The notes under the pieces are model-generated. The model saw only the letters and a list, made by a program, of their open reading frames with translations, had not been told where the DNA came from and made no database searches. Below, piece after piece: positions 53,699 through 64,000 of a DNA stretch of 64,000 bases. The DNA is from a virus (Duplodnaviria > Caudoviricetes): positions 32,001 through 96,000 of IMG/VR virus record IMGVR_UViG_3300021400_000138. One strand, 5' to 3'. How positions within the stretch are numbered: position 1 is the stretch's first letter; each line of letters begins with the position of its first letter. Position numbers and translations under genes: made by a program.

Positions 53699-53972
53699 AT
53701 GATTGAAGTTAAGTTTAAAGTTAAAATCCAAAATAGATATGGAGAAATAGAATCAAATCTAAAATAGAAGATTCAACATCTTAAAAACAGCAAGAGATTG
53801 TCCTATATGTATAGATGGAAAATGTATCGGAGTAATAACAGACGTTGACACAAAAACTGATGAATGTTATGGATATATTTTTGATCAAGACGCTGTTATT
53901 GAATTATCACAAGATTTTCAAGAAGTGGTTTCGGTAGAAATTATAGATTCCAAAACAGGATGTGGCTTATGA
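53699..53972 (+). pseudogene. Frameshifted small gene
   Basis: MIEVKFK...ESNL continues in the +1 frame at about 53762 as NRRFNILKTARDCPICIDG...GCGL*. Confidence 0.5.
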
Positions 53973-55598
53973 ATATCAAAGATCTATTTGAAAAAAGATC
54001 AATAAATGCCTATAAGGCCATATATAACAATGGCTTACCATGTTTATATAAACGTAATGATCTATGCACTTGGGCGGAAGAAGCCTATGAAAGAGGAGAA
54101 AAATACTTCTATTGTAGGCCAGTTGATCCAGATGACCCATATGGTAAGTTTGAATTATGTGAGCCAGAATATAGATGGTTTATTAAGGATAAGAATGGTT
54201 TGACAGAAGAACAGTTTAATCAGATTTGTAATGCCATAACAGCCCCGTAGAAGATTGTGAGTTGAAAGATGACGCGGTTGATGGTATGATGTGCGAGGAT
54301 ACATTAACTGCCTGATGCAAAGAAGTAGGAGAATAATCATGGATTTTAAAGTTGGAGACAAAGTAATAGCCAATCATTTCGGTGGAATGGAAACAAGATC
54401 TATTGGGACTATAGTCAAGATAACACCCAAACGGCAGGATATCGTTGTTGATTTTGGAAATTACCAAGAAACATTTGATAAAACAGGATGGCAAAAGGGC
54501 AGTAATATATGGTATAAGAGTTCGATTGAATTACTTACGCCTGAGATTGAGAAAGAATTGCAGGACGCTGCTCTGATTAGAAAATGCAAGGATGTTTTTA
54601 ATAAAACTGAGCTTACGCCAGAAATTGCCGCAAAGATATTGGAGGTATTAAATGAAGTGGACGTACATTAAACGAGATAAGGTCTGGAAGAAACAACTCC
54701 ATCATTACTGGACAACTGTGACAGATGCCTGGGGTGTTTCTTCTGATGAAAGATATAATTATAAGATTGACACTTATTTATACAAATGTTTTTCATTCAA
54801 GCATGGTTTTTGGTATCAAGTGAAAGTGCCAAATTTTACTGCGAATAATAAAACACTTGGTGGAGTATTAGATCAATTGTTTGGATATCTTTATAGAGAT
54901 GGCGGGACACCTTGTTATCAAAGGCTGGAAGATGAGTTGATAAGTAAGGGGTTCTGGAAAAAATTAGGATAAATTTTGATTTAGTGAACAATCTGTGTAC
55001 AATTCCCAAAATCTAACATAAATAATATATAATACAATATATAATTAATAAACAACAAGAGGTATTTATATGAGATCAGCAGAATCAGCAAGATTTCAAA
55101 GTGAACATAGAGCAAAGATTAACACATTCATAGATGATATAAGCCAAAAAATTGAAGAAGCTATAGATGACGGCAGATATAGTTGCAAATATGATATTCC
55201 AGTTGACACAGACCAATTAGTAAGAAATGAATTGGAAAAAATATTAAAGGATAATGGTTATAGTGTAAATATTCCGGTAAAAGAAGATTATAGTAGATAT
55301 CCATGTGATCAAATGCGTTATTGGGATGAGATAAGAATAGGTTGGGAAATATGAAAATTATTGGTAAATCAGAAGACGGATATATATTAACCGCATCGAA
55401 ATCAGATGTCGCGGCGATTGAGGGATTATATAGTCATGAAAAAAGATATGAGATTGGCGATATCATAGATATAGAGGGTTTATTTAGAGAATATACAATT
55501 GTAGATAATGCCCTTAAAAATATAGATAAGCTTCGCCATACATCAGAGTTGTTAAACGATGCAGTTGATTGGATTGAACAATTTAGAGGAGAGAAAGA

Positions 55599-55820
55599 AT
55601 GAGAGATCCGAATAGATTAGATGGATTTTATGATGAGTTAAAAAAGATTCACAAGAAGAGCTGGGCTGACATTCGCTTTGGACAATTGTGCAGTAATTTC
55701 TTTGGTTGGCTTCGTGTAGAAAAAGGCATTGATCTTTTCTTTCCGGAGGAAGATCAGATGATGGAATATTTTAAGGAATATACAAATACAAATTCTCATA
55801 TGTATAGAGGTTGGAAATGA
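55599..55820 (+). CDS. DUF1040/YihD-like small phage protein
   Basis: MRDPNRLD...DIRFGQL. Confidence 0.5.
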   Translation: MRDPNRLDGFYDELKKIHKKSWADIRFGQLCSNFFGWLRVEKGIDLFFPEEDQMMEYFKEYTNTNSHMYRGWK

Positions 55821-58149
55821 TTTATATACCAAAACCACACGGAAGAATTATAGATGCAGACAAACTTGCGGATGATTTAGAATGGGACGCAGAAAGAATA
55901 AGTGAGGAACTTGAACAACTAGATCCGTTAACCGCAGAATACGTACAAAAAAGAATTGAAAGAGACACAAAACAAAATGCTGCCTGGTGGATACGAGATG
56001 AGGCTGATAAAAATTGTCTCGTTCCTGCGGAGAATTGACAATGACTGTTAAAGAATTTTATGAATACTGTGTAGAGAAGCATATTGAAGATTTTGAAATC
56101 TATGTAGATCAAATATCTGTGAATGGTTGTTTTATTGGGTATGATAAATTAACTAATGAAAAAATAGATATTGGTTATGGCGAAAAAATAATATCTCTTG
56201 GGTGATTATATGGATAAACTATCTGGCGGCGAAATAATAAAACTTTTAGATAATCTCATTGGTCCGACCGAAGCTGTTGGTGAAACAAATGCAGATAATA
56301 AAATCAAGAAGAATGTTGACACTTTAATAGATGTTACTTATTGGTGTCTTGATAAGCTTATTGATTCTTCCAAAACTGCGGACAGGCCAGAAGCTTCAAT
56401 GAAAGAAATCGGAGAACTTGCGCAGAAGGCATTAGATGAATACAAAGAATATTATTGTTCTTCTGGGTGGACATCAGTTAAGGATCATAATCCGGAAATT
56501 GATATGTCATATCCTCATAGCGATACTTACTGGGTAAAGTATAAAGATGGTGGATATGATGTAGCGAGATTTTGTAACTATAATAGATTTTGGGTTCATC
56601 AGGTTCTTGAACCGCCTTGGTGGAACTGTGCGCAGTATTGTGAAGTAGAAGCCTGGAGGAGGATTGATTTATATGACGGAGAAAAACCAGAATGAATTTA
56701 AACCCATGAAATTTACCGCTCATCATGATGCGTATGTAGATCATAATGGCTATGAATATAAGGAATATAATTCAGAATTTGAATCACCATTTGTTCCTAG
56801 TATTGATGGATTGAACAGACGTTGTTGGGTTATCTATCAGGGATTTTTTGGAAAGTATAAAATTCGCGAATGCATAGTAACCGCAATTGTTTATACGAAC
56901 TGTTGGCTATGGAAGATGGATAATGGATGGACGTATTTTGCCGATTACCTTGGTAAAGAAGTATTTCTTCGTGATCAGTTGGGTAAGGCGATTAAAATCT
57001 GTGAAGAAAGAAACCGTATGAGAAAAGTAAAGGTTAAACGTTTATGAAGGGTGAACTAGAAGGAGAATAATATGAACGGTATAAAATTTGATGGAGAAAA
57101 GGTAAAGAGATGTATTGATGCTTATTATGATCAGCATGGAAGTTATCCGTATTTGATTATGAATAGTAAAACATATGATATTATACCGCTAGAAAAACCA
57201 GGTATAATTTTGGACAGTAATTCATTAACGGTTAGCAGTTATACACTTTCCAATGTGAACGTTGCCCCGGTTGATGAAATAAAGGTTGGTAATAATACAT
57301 ATATTTTAAAACGAGATCCTGTTTATAAAAAATGGTATAATGCAAAAATTCTTGTTGATGAAGAATTGAAATTTGGGGAGGTACATATTGGATAAAGAAG
57401 GAGGTGAAGAAGATGACGAATGGCGACAGAATACGAGTGATGAACAACACACAGCTGGCAGCATTGCTTGATGATTCTCGTGATTTTTTCTCTTGCAACG
57501 ATTGTCCGCTAGAAGAAGGATCCGATGAATGCGAACGTGGATGTATTCCGCAGATTTTGGATTTCTTAAACCAGGAAATTTCTTTTGATGGTACTTATAA
57601 GAAATATAAATTATATAAAATCGCTCATAGTGGTAGAAAAGGTCCGCGAGATGCTCCGCTAAATAATTGCAAATATGACGGAATGGTTGATTCTATTGTC
57701 AGGTCTTATGATATAAGATATCTACATCCTTTCCAGAGGTATCATTTCAAATTTCTTAAAACAAAATCTCCGTATGAATCATGGATAACGAGTGAAGTTG
57801 TTAGACTTATTGAACTGGATACTGGGATATTTATGTTAGAGACAGTAAATACGTTATATTACTTCGAAGAAATTAAATAAAAGGGGAGTGGACGTAGTGA
57901 TCAGCTACGCCCACAGCGGAAGTATGAAAAAGAATCCGCCAATTGATATTATATCACATTTGTCAAGGAGATGGATACATGCAGGATAAAGATAAGCTGG
58001 AAAACATTCTTCATCAACTTAGAATTCCACATTCTTTTTCAGATAATGTAATGTATATCTATTGTATCTCCGGGACCATTGCTGTTTATTTTACAGATTA
58101 CGGAGAGTATTTAGATATAGAGTCAAATAATCATAGAAAGGAGGAGTAA

Positions 58150-58719
58150 ATGGATTGGAAGAAGTTATTCTGGAGAAAAAGTACGCTTATACAAGATTTG
58201 GAGTACTACAAAAGAATAAATAAAGAGTTAGAAGATACCGTAAAAGAATTACAAGCGGATAATTTAGCAAAACATAATGCATTAGAAGAACTTCAAAGAC
58301 AAGTTAATAAATTGGTGCATGTAAAAGATGATAATCTGTGTTTGATAGAAAAACATAATAAAGAGATAGAAGATCTAAATAATCAGTATAAAGATTTATT
58401 TGATACCGCGAATAAAGAATATGCTGATAATATCGAAAAATACAAAGATATCGCCGCGAAAGAGATAGAAAATTCCAAATCATCAGTAGAAACAAGTAAA
58501 GCACTTGCGGGAATTATTGCTTCACAACAATCTTCTATAAGTGCTTTGGCGGAAGGTATTTATAATCAGGAACACATTGAATTCTTTGCTCTTAAGACAT
58601 ATAGAGGTTGGAAATATATTTGTGTGAATGGACAGAAAATTACCGACTTTAATAATGTAAACACAATTAATGTGTCTTGGAATAAAAATGATACGAGATT
58701 AAAAGTAGATATTAAATAA
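58150..58719 (+). CDS. Coiled-coil hypothetical protein
   Basis: Heptad-rich sequence; aggaggag RBS. Confidence 0.65.
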   Translation: MDWKKLFWRKSTLIQDLEYYKRINKELEDTVKELQADNLAKHNALEELQRQVNKLVHVKDDNLCLIEKHNKEIEDLNNQYKDLFDTANKEYADNIEKYKDIAAKEIENSKSSVETSKALAGIIASQQSSISALAEGIYNQEHIEFFALKTYRGWKYICVNGQKITDFNNVNTINVSWNKNDTRLKVDIK

Positions 58720-58766
58720 AAACCGTACATTGAAACTGTACATTGATTAGCAAAACCGTACATTGA
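58720..58766. repeat. Three AAACYGTACATTGA direct repeats (operator-like)
   Basis: Copies at 58720, 58733 and 58753. Confidence 0.75.
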
Positions 58767-58782
58767 ATTAAGGAGAAATAAT

Positions 58783-59211
58783 ATGACTAGAAAGGACATT
58801 AAGTTTTTTGTAAAACCCGAAGAAAGAATTATTGTTGGTGTTTATGAATATGACGAGGATGATCTGTGGCAGGAAGTTTATGATAAGTTTCCGGGATGGA
58901 TGCTTGACATCATTGAAGCAGCAGTTAGTAGCGAAAAATTTCCGGTTTATCCTAATGTGATCAGAGCAACTGCCGTTTGCAGTATTGACGATGAATGGAA
59001 CGAAGAGATTGGAAAGAAAGTTGTTGAGGCGAAGATTAATCTCAAGAGGCACTATAGGGTTTACCGTATGATTTCACATATTATTATTATGTTGAGTGAA
59101 ATTGATGATAGATTTTCTGATCTTTGCGAAAATCATTTAGAAAAAATGCAGTCAATTGAAAACGATATTGTAGATTATTTTAATGACGGAAAGGCTGGTG
59201 AGAATAGTTGA
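58783..59211 (+). CDS. Conserved phage hypothetical protein
   Basis: AVCSIDDEWNEEIGK; aaggag RBS. Confidence 0.6.
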   Translation: MTRKDIKFFVKPEERIIVGVYEYDEDDLWQEVYDKFPGWMLDIIEAAVSSEKFPVYPNVIRATAVCSIDDEWNEEIGKKVVEAKINLKRHYRVYRMISHIIIMLSEIDDRFSDLCENHLEKMQSIENDIVDYFNDGKAGENS

Positions 59212-59771
59212 AATCGCTTTATGCGGGGATAAGTATTGGTCTTGGAGGAATAATCTTTCTAAACTGTGTGGATAAAACTCTTGGAGCGCTTCTGTTTTCT
59301 ATTGGGTTATTTGCGGTTCTGGTATTTGGTTTTGATTTATTTACCGGAAAAGTTTGTAACAAAGATTATTTAAAAAGACCAGTTGATTTGATTGAAATTT
59401 GGCTTGGTAATTTAGTTGGTGCTGTACTTATGGGACTCGTTGCATCAACGAATGTTAATACGTATCAGGCGGCAAATGTTATTGCCAATTCCAAATTAGA
59501 AAAATCAATCCCGCTTGTTCCTGGGTTTATTTGTGGGATCTGCATTGCTATTGCTGTCAAGGGTTATCAAAAAGCTGAAGGATTTGGAAAGTATCTGGCT
59601 ATTGTACTTGGCGTAATGGTATTTATTCTTTGCGGATCGGAACACTGCGTGGCGGACATGTTTTATTTTGCTGCCGCAAGGATGTGTAATCTTGAAGTTG
59701 TGAAGTTTATTTTGATTGTAACTATTGGAAATGTTTTAGGCGGAGCTTTGTTCTCCGAGATTGAGGGATGA
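59208..59771 (+). CDS. Formate/nitrite transporter (FNT) family, short form
   Basis: DLFTG, FILCGSEHCVADM and GNVLGG; multiple hydrophobic helices. Confidence 0.85.
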   Translation: MKSLYAGISIGLGGIIFLNCVDKTLGALLFSIGLFAVLVFGFDLFTGKVCNKDYLKRPVDLIEIWLGNLVGAVLMGLVASTNVNTYQAANVIANSKLEKSIPLVPGFICGICIAIAVKGYQKAEGFGKYLAIVLGVMVFILCGSEHCVADMFYFAAARMCNLEVVKFILIVTIGNVLGGALFSEIEG

Positions 59772-59772
59772 T

Positions 59773-59976
59773 ATGAAAGTAACTTTGTATTCAACTAATT
59801 GTCCAAGATGTATTGTTTTGGAGAAAAAATTGAATCAGAAAAATATTGAATTTGATCTGGTTTCTGATGAAGATACGATGATAAATAAAGGATTTATGAC
59901 CGCTCCAATGTTGGAAGTGGGTAACGAGGTATATGATTTTAAAGGTGCGGTAGATTGGCTTAATGGACTGGAGTGA
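59773..59976 (+). CDS. nrdH: NrdH/glutaredoxin-like protein
   Basis: LYSTNCPRC...TAPML. Confidence 0.75.
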   Translation: MKVTLYSTNCPRCIVLEKKLNQKNIEFDLVSDEDTMINKGFMTAPMLEVGNEVYDFKGAVDWLNGLE

Positions 59977-59983
59977 TAATTGA

Positions 59984-61942
59984 GTGAATATAAATATTAA
60001 ATTGATGAAAAATTTTGTATCTCAATACAACAAATTACAGGCAGAATTTGGGACAGAAATTGCAAAGATTAATGGTTTTGATGACGGACAATTGAGTTAT
60101 ACGGATTTCATTGACAATTTTGTTGATGAAGATACTGTTGCAGATGCGAGTATTGATGGTAATTCTAATGTTAGTCATAAAGATATCGTGACTCTTGAAC
60201 GAGAAATGCCAAAACCTCATTCAAAACTTCTTGCATTTAATAAAATTTATTATGAGATTAATAAAAAATTTGGATTCAAAATTGCTAATGATTGGCTAAG
60301 AATGGAATGGATGGGATATCTTTACATGCATGATGCTCCATCGAGTACATTTAGAAGTTATTGTTTTGCTTATGATTTAAAGGATCTGGCTGAAAAAGGC
60401 TTGTATTTTATTGATGGTCAAAATGCTGAGAGAGCAAGACATTTGACCACATTTGTTGACTTCATTAAAGAATTCGTTAGTTTTGCATGTAATCGAACAA
60501 GTGGTGCCGTGGGTCTTCCAAATATTATCCCCTATATGTACTACTTCTGGAAAAAAGATGTAGACAGTGATTATCTTGGAATTAAAACATCTGGTCAAGA
60601 AAAATATTACGCTCGGCAGAATTTCCAGCGTTTTATATATGCAGTAAATCAGCCATATGTACGTGATGGATCGCAGTCGGCATTCACAAATACAAGCGTA
60701 TTTGATCATTCTTATTTTGAAGCTTTGTTTGGTGGCGCAGAATTTCCTGATGGATCTTTTATGATTGACTACGAAGAAGAAATTATAGAATTCCAGAAAT
60801 GGTACATGGAAGTAATGTCCGAGATTCGTAGTACAAATATGTTTACTTTCCCAGTTAGTACAATTTCTTTACTTCGCCAGGATGGAAAATTCGTAGATAA
60901 AGATTTTGCACTTTGGGCCATTAAGCACAATATGAAGTGGTCAGATAGTAATCTGTTTGTTGACAGCAGCGTAAATTCTTTGAGTAATTGTTGCAGATTG
61001 AAGTCTAATATTGAAGATCTGGGCTATTTCAACAGTATCGGGGGAACCGCTCTCAAGGTTGGTTCGGTAAAAGTTAATACCATTAATCTTGCAAGAATTG
61101 CTCTTGATACAAAAACAGAAGAAGAATATCTAGAAGAGCTTAAATATAGGGTTTATGTATGCCTCTGCGCACTCGATTCAGTAAGATATATTATTGGTCG
61201 TAATGTTGATAAAAACATTCTTCCGAATTTTTCATACGGACTGATTGATTTTGAACATCTTTATAATACCATTGGATTCATTGGAATTTATGAAACAATG
61301 AAAAAATTTGGTTATATAACAAAAGATGAATTTGGAAATACATTCTATACAGATAAAGCTTCTGCGTTTGGAGAAAAGATATTTAAAGTAATGCGTGAAA
61401 CGGCAGATAACTTTATTAAAGAATATGAATGTAATTATCAAATAAATACAGAACAAATTCCAGGAGAATCAGCAGCCGCAAAATTAATGAAGAAAGACAA
61501 GTTCTTCTATCCAAGAGCAAAAATTTACGATCTTCCTCTCTATGGTAATCAGTTTATTCCTCTTGGAATCCAGACAACACTTCAGGAGCGAGTAAGAATT
61601 CAGGCAATGTTTGATGGATATTGCAATGGTGGATCTATCTTACACGCCAATATTGATGCTCCATTTGATAGTTTTGATAAAGCATGGAAGATGGTTAATT
61701 ATATTGCAGAACAAGGTGTAACATATTTTGCATTTAATACGAAGATTCAAGCTTGTGAAAACAATCATGCTTTTTATGGAAAAGTTTGTCCGACATGTGG
61801 AAAACCAGTTGATAGTGAATATACAAGAATAGTTGGATTCTACACGAAGATTAAGTCGTGGTCTGATGAAAGAAAAAATGAGTACAAACTTAGAAAATGG
61901 GAACCAATTAATGAAACATCTGAGGAAATTTTAAATGCCTGA
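59984..61942 (+). CDS. nrdD: Anaerobic (class III) ribonucleotide reductase without ATP cone
   Basis: YMHD, FTFPV, SNCCRL, EQIPGE, Zn site CENNH...CPTC and glycyl loop TRIVGFY. Confidence 0.95.
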   Translation: MNINIKLMKNFVSQYNKLQAEFGTEIAKINGFDDGQLSYTDFIDNFVDEDTVADASIDGNSNVSHKDIVTLEREMPKPHSKLLAFNKIYYEINKKFGFKIANDWLRMEWMGYLYMHDAPSSTFRSYCFAYDLKDLAEKGLYFIDGQNAERARHLTTFVDFIKEFVSFACNRTSGAVGLPNIIPYMYYFWKKDVDSDYLGIKTSGQEKYYARQNFQRFIYAVNQPYVRDGSQSAFTNTSVFDHSYFEALFGGAEFPDGSFMIDYEEEIIEFQKWYMEVMSEIRSTNMFTFPVSTISLLRQDGKFVDKDFALWAIKHNMKWSDSNLFVDSSVNSLSNCCRLKSNIEDLGYFNSIGGTALKVGSVKVNTINLARIALDTKTEEEYLEELKYRVYVCLCALDSVRYIIGRNVDKNILPNFSYGLIDFEHLYNTIGFIGIYETMKKFGYITKDEFGNTFYTDKASAFGEKIFKVMRETADNFIKEYECNYQINTEQIPGESAAAKLMKKDKFFYPRAKIYDLPLYGNQFIPLGIQTTLQERVRIQAMFDGYCNGGSILHANIDAPFDSFDKAWKMVNYIAEQGVTYFAFNTKIQACENNHAFYGKVCPTCGKPVDSEYTRIVGFYTKIKSWSDERKNEYKLRKWEPINETSEEILNA

Positions 61943-62417
61943 TATTGAACTAAAGGGAATTATTGATGAGGATTTTGTTAACTATAAAAAGGTTTCAATG
62001 GTACTAATGTTTCCTTGCTGTACTTTTAAATGTGGGAATGAGTTCTGCCAGAACTCTTCCCTTGTTAATGAACCTGATATAAATATCGAAATCACAAAAT
62101 TATGTGAACGGTATTTATCTAATGATATCAGTGAAGCTATTGTTCTACAGGGTATGGAACCATTTGATAGTTATATGGATGTTTTAAATTTTATAAATAC
62201 TTTGAGATACCAGTATAAATGCAATGATGACATAGCTATTTATACCGGGTACACAAAAGAAGAATGTTTAGAAAATGGTTTTATACAACCTTTGAAAGAC
62301 ACGAAAAATATAATCATAAAATTCGGCAGATATATTCCAAATCAAGATCCTCATTATGATGAAGTATTAGGAGTCAATTTAGCCTCTGATAATCAATATG
62401 CAGAGAGGATATGTTAA
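61935..62417 (+). CDS. nrdG: NrdG activase (radical SAM)
   Basis: CTFKC...CQN, IYTGY, KFGRY and ASDNQ. Confidence 0.9.
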   Translation: MPDIELKGIIDEDFVNYKKVSMVLMFPCCTFKCGNEFCQNSSLVNEPDINIEITKLCERYLSNDISEAIVLQGMEPFDSYMDVLNFINTLRYQYKCNDDIAIYTGYTKEECLENGFIQPLKDTKNIIIKFGRYIPNQDPHYDEVLGVNLASDNQYAERIC

Positions 62418-62619
62418 TGAAGAAACTAACAACAAATATTTCAATAATAAATCCAGATCTTTTTTCCAAGGCTTATTCAGCATTTGTGCAAACATATGGG
62501 TATGCTCCTGGCACAGCATATCTAAATAAGGATACATTAAATTCCATGGATAAAAATCTTGATATATCAATAATTTTTGAAGTCGATGAATTCATGCCGT
62601 ATGGAGAAGTAGCTTTCGG

Positions 62620-62886
62620 ATGAAAGTGATTGGATTAGGAGATGTGGTGTACTGGGCCAGGGTACACCATTTCACTGGTGTTTACGAAGTTTATGAACTT
62701 ACTGTCCGCACAGTATATGAAGATTGTTTTATTGGAACTGATAAAGAAACCAGCAGAGCTTTTATAATCTCATATGATGAATGCGACGAGACGGTATTTG
62801 ATAACCGAGAGGACGCTCTTAGAGTTGTGAAAAATGCAGAGAAGAAAAAGAAGGAGTTTACTATAATAGATGGAGATTTTGAATAG
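62620..62886 (+). CDS. Hypothetical protein
   Basis: ORF overlapping the previous stop codon. Confidence 0.55.
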   Translation: MKVIGLGDVVYWARVHHFTGVYEVYELTVRTVYEDCFIGTDKETSRAFIISYDECDETVFDNREDALRVVKNAEKKKKEFTIIDGDFE

Positions 62887-63389
62887 TTATCCAGTTCTAA
62901 TTGAAAAGAATTCTTATCTGGCTGCTATATTCTTTACACTATTATTATTGTCTCCTGGTTTAGCTGCAATTATTTTTAATAAATTTTATACATCTATAGG
63001 TGTAGTTTTGATATTATTAATAGTAACGTTGTCTACCATTGGATTTAAATATTTTGAACAAGACATACCATCTGAAAAATTAGAATATCAAATTATTATA
63101 TCTGATGACTACTCTGCTAAAGACTTATATGAAAACTACGAAGTAATAAAAACCGAGGGCAAGATTTGGTATATCAGGGATAAGGAGAAGAATAATGAAA
63201 ATGTTGACAATAAATGATAAGCAGCTGAAATGGCTAGAAGAAGAACTTGGATATCTTATGGAGCAGAAAGAAAAAGATCATGACGATTTGATCAGAGTAA
63301 CTTCTGTATTAGATTTTCTGGTAAATACCCAGACGAAAGAATTAGAAACTGCAATAGATAACGATTGGAAATAATTTTATGGGGGAGTT

Positions 63390-63920
63390 ATGGAAAAACG
63401 TATTGCAAAGTTTGAAAAAGTTAGTTTTAAGCAATTTGATGAAGATTATAGAAATGCCAGGAAAACACTTCTGATATTTGGCGAACCAGATACAGAGGAG
63501 ATAGAGGAAATTTATAAAGATATAAAACTTCCGAAGAGATCAACTGGCGGAAGTGCTGGGTATGATTTTTATTCTCCGATTTATTTTATCCTTGTTCCAG
63601 GAGAAGATATTGTTATTCCTACTGGAATTAGATGTCAGATGGAAGAAGGTTGGGGATTGTTTTTGTATCCCAAGAGTGGATTAGGATTTAAGTGTTATAC
63701 ACGCCTAGCCAATACAATTGGTATCGGGGACGAAGATTACTATTATTCAGATAACGAAGGTCATATTTTAATTAAGTTAAGAAATGAAAGTAAGGATAAA
63801 ACTCTCGTTATTAACCGAGGAGACAAATTCATTCAGGGAGTTTTCCATGAATATGGCATTACTTACGATGATTTTGTGGATACAGTAAGAAATGGTGGTT
63901 TCGGGAGTACTGGAAGATGA
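63390..63920 (+). CDS. dut: Trimeric dUTPase
   Basis: SAGYDF, PKSGLG, DEDYY, QGVF and RNGGFGSTG. Confidence 0.95.
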   Translation: MEKRIAKFEKVSFKQFDEDYRNARKTLLIFGEPDTEEIEEIYKDIKLPKRSTGGSAGYDFYSPIYFILVPGEDIVIPTGIRCQMEEGWGLFLYPKSGLGFKCYTRLANTIGIGDEDYYYSDNEGHILIKLRNESKDKTLVINRGDKFIQGVFHEYGITYDDFVDTVRNGGFGSTGR

Positions 63921-64000
63921 CAGAACAAGAATTACACGCGATACCTTTCTATTTTTGCGATCTTAAAACAGGAGATCAGGAATGTGACAAAAAAGACACT

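Larger units (their letters stand above)
35048..59211 (+). other. Array of many small co-directional hypothetical genes (accessory region) with several internal paralogue families
   Basis: Tightly packed 50-190 aa ORFs with RBSs and coupled start/stop codons. Confidence 0.8.
1..64000 (+). mobile_element. Segment of a large temperate (SPbeta-like) bacteriophage or prophage of a Firmicutes host: early, replication and accessory region
   Basis: Dense co-directional short ORFs; phage-type replisome; yopP/Q/R-like triad; tRNAs lacking CCA; no host housekeeping operons. Confidence 0.85.

Noticed and set aside
57888-57940. Intergenic hairpin gtggacgtag...ctacgcccac as a riboswitch
   Set aside because: One or two small hairpins with no recognisable aptamer consensus
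1-64000. Genome-wide TAG recoding (genetic code 15)
   Set aside because: Long genes are intact in code 11, several genes end plausibly in TAG, and no CUA suppressor tRNA is seen; only one internal amber was found

Overview
This AT-rich, gene-dense window is almost entirely + strand and looks like the early/replication half of a large temperate Firmicutes phage with SPbeta-like organisation. No virion genes are visible. In order it contains: early genes (GP88-like, DUF932, DUF262); an SPbeta sro-like triad (intact tyrosine recombinase, DndB/ParB-like protein, degenerate integrase-fold repressor) facing an ImmR/ImmA-like pair; a tRNA/ncRNA region; three paralogues with an N-terminal E[ST]NSS motif plus a radical SAM enzyme; a replication block (AAA ATPase, SSB, DnaB, DnaG, PD-(D/E)xK nuclease, DnaE, ERCC4, LigA) with two free-standing endonucleases; an RNA-repair pair (Rnl1-like ligase, kinase-HD); about 24 kb of small accessory genes; and an FNT-NrdH-NrdD-NrdG-dUTPase block. 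Three observations stand out. (1) A tRNA-Gln(UUG) gene has its anticodon loop interrupted by a 67-nt element that itself folds as a tRNA cloverleaf, in a genome encoding an RNA ligase. (2) A TRAAA-N6-TTT[TGC]A inverted motif recurs at 12 or more gene boundaries and delimits consecutive single-gene units, resembling a cassette array. (3) The NSS-paralogue/radical SAM operon has no function I can assign. All calls come from manual motif reading and folding; no searches were run.
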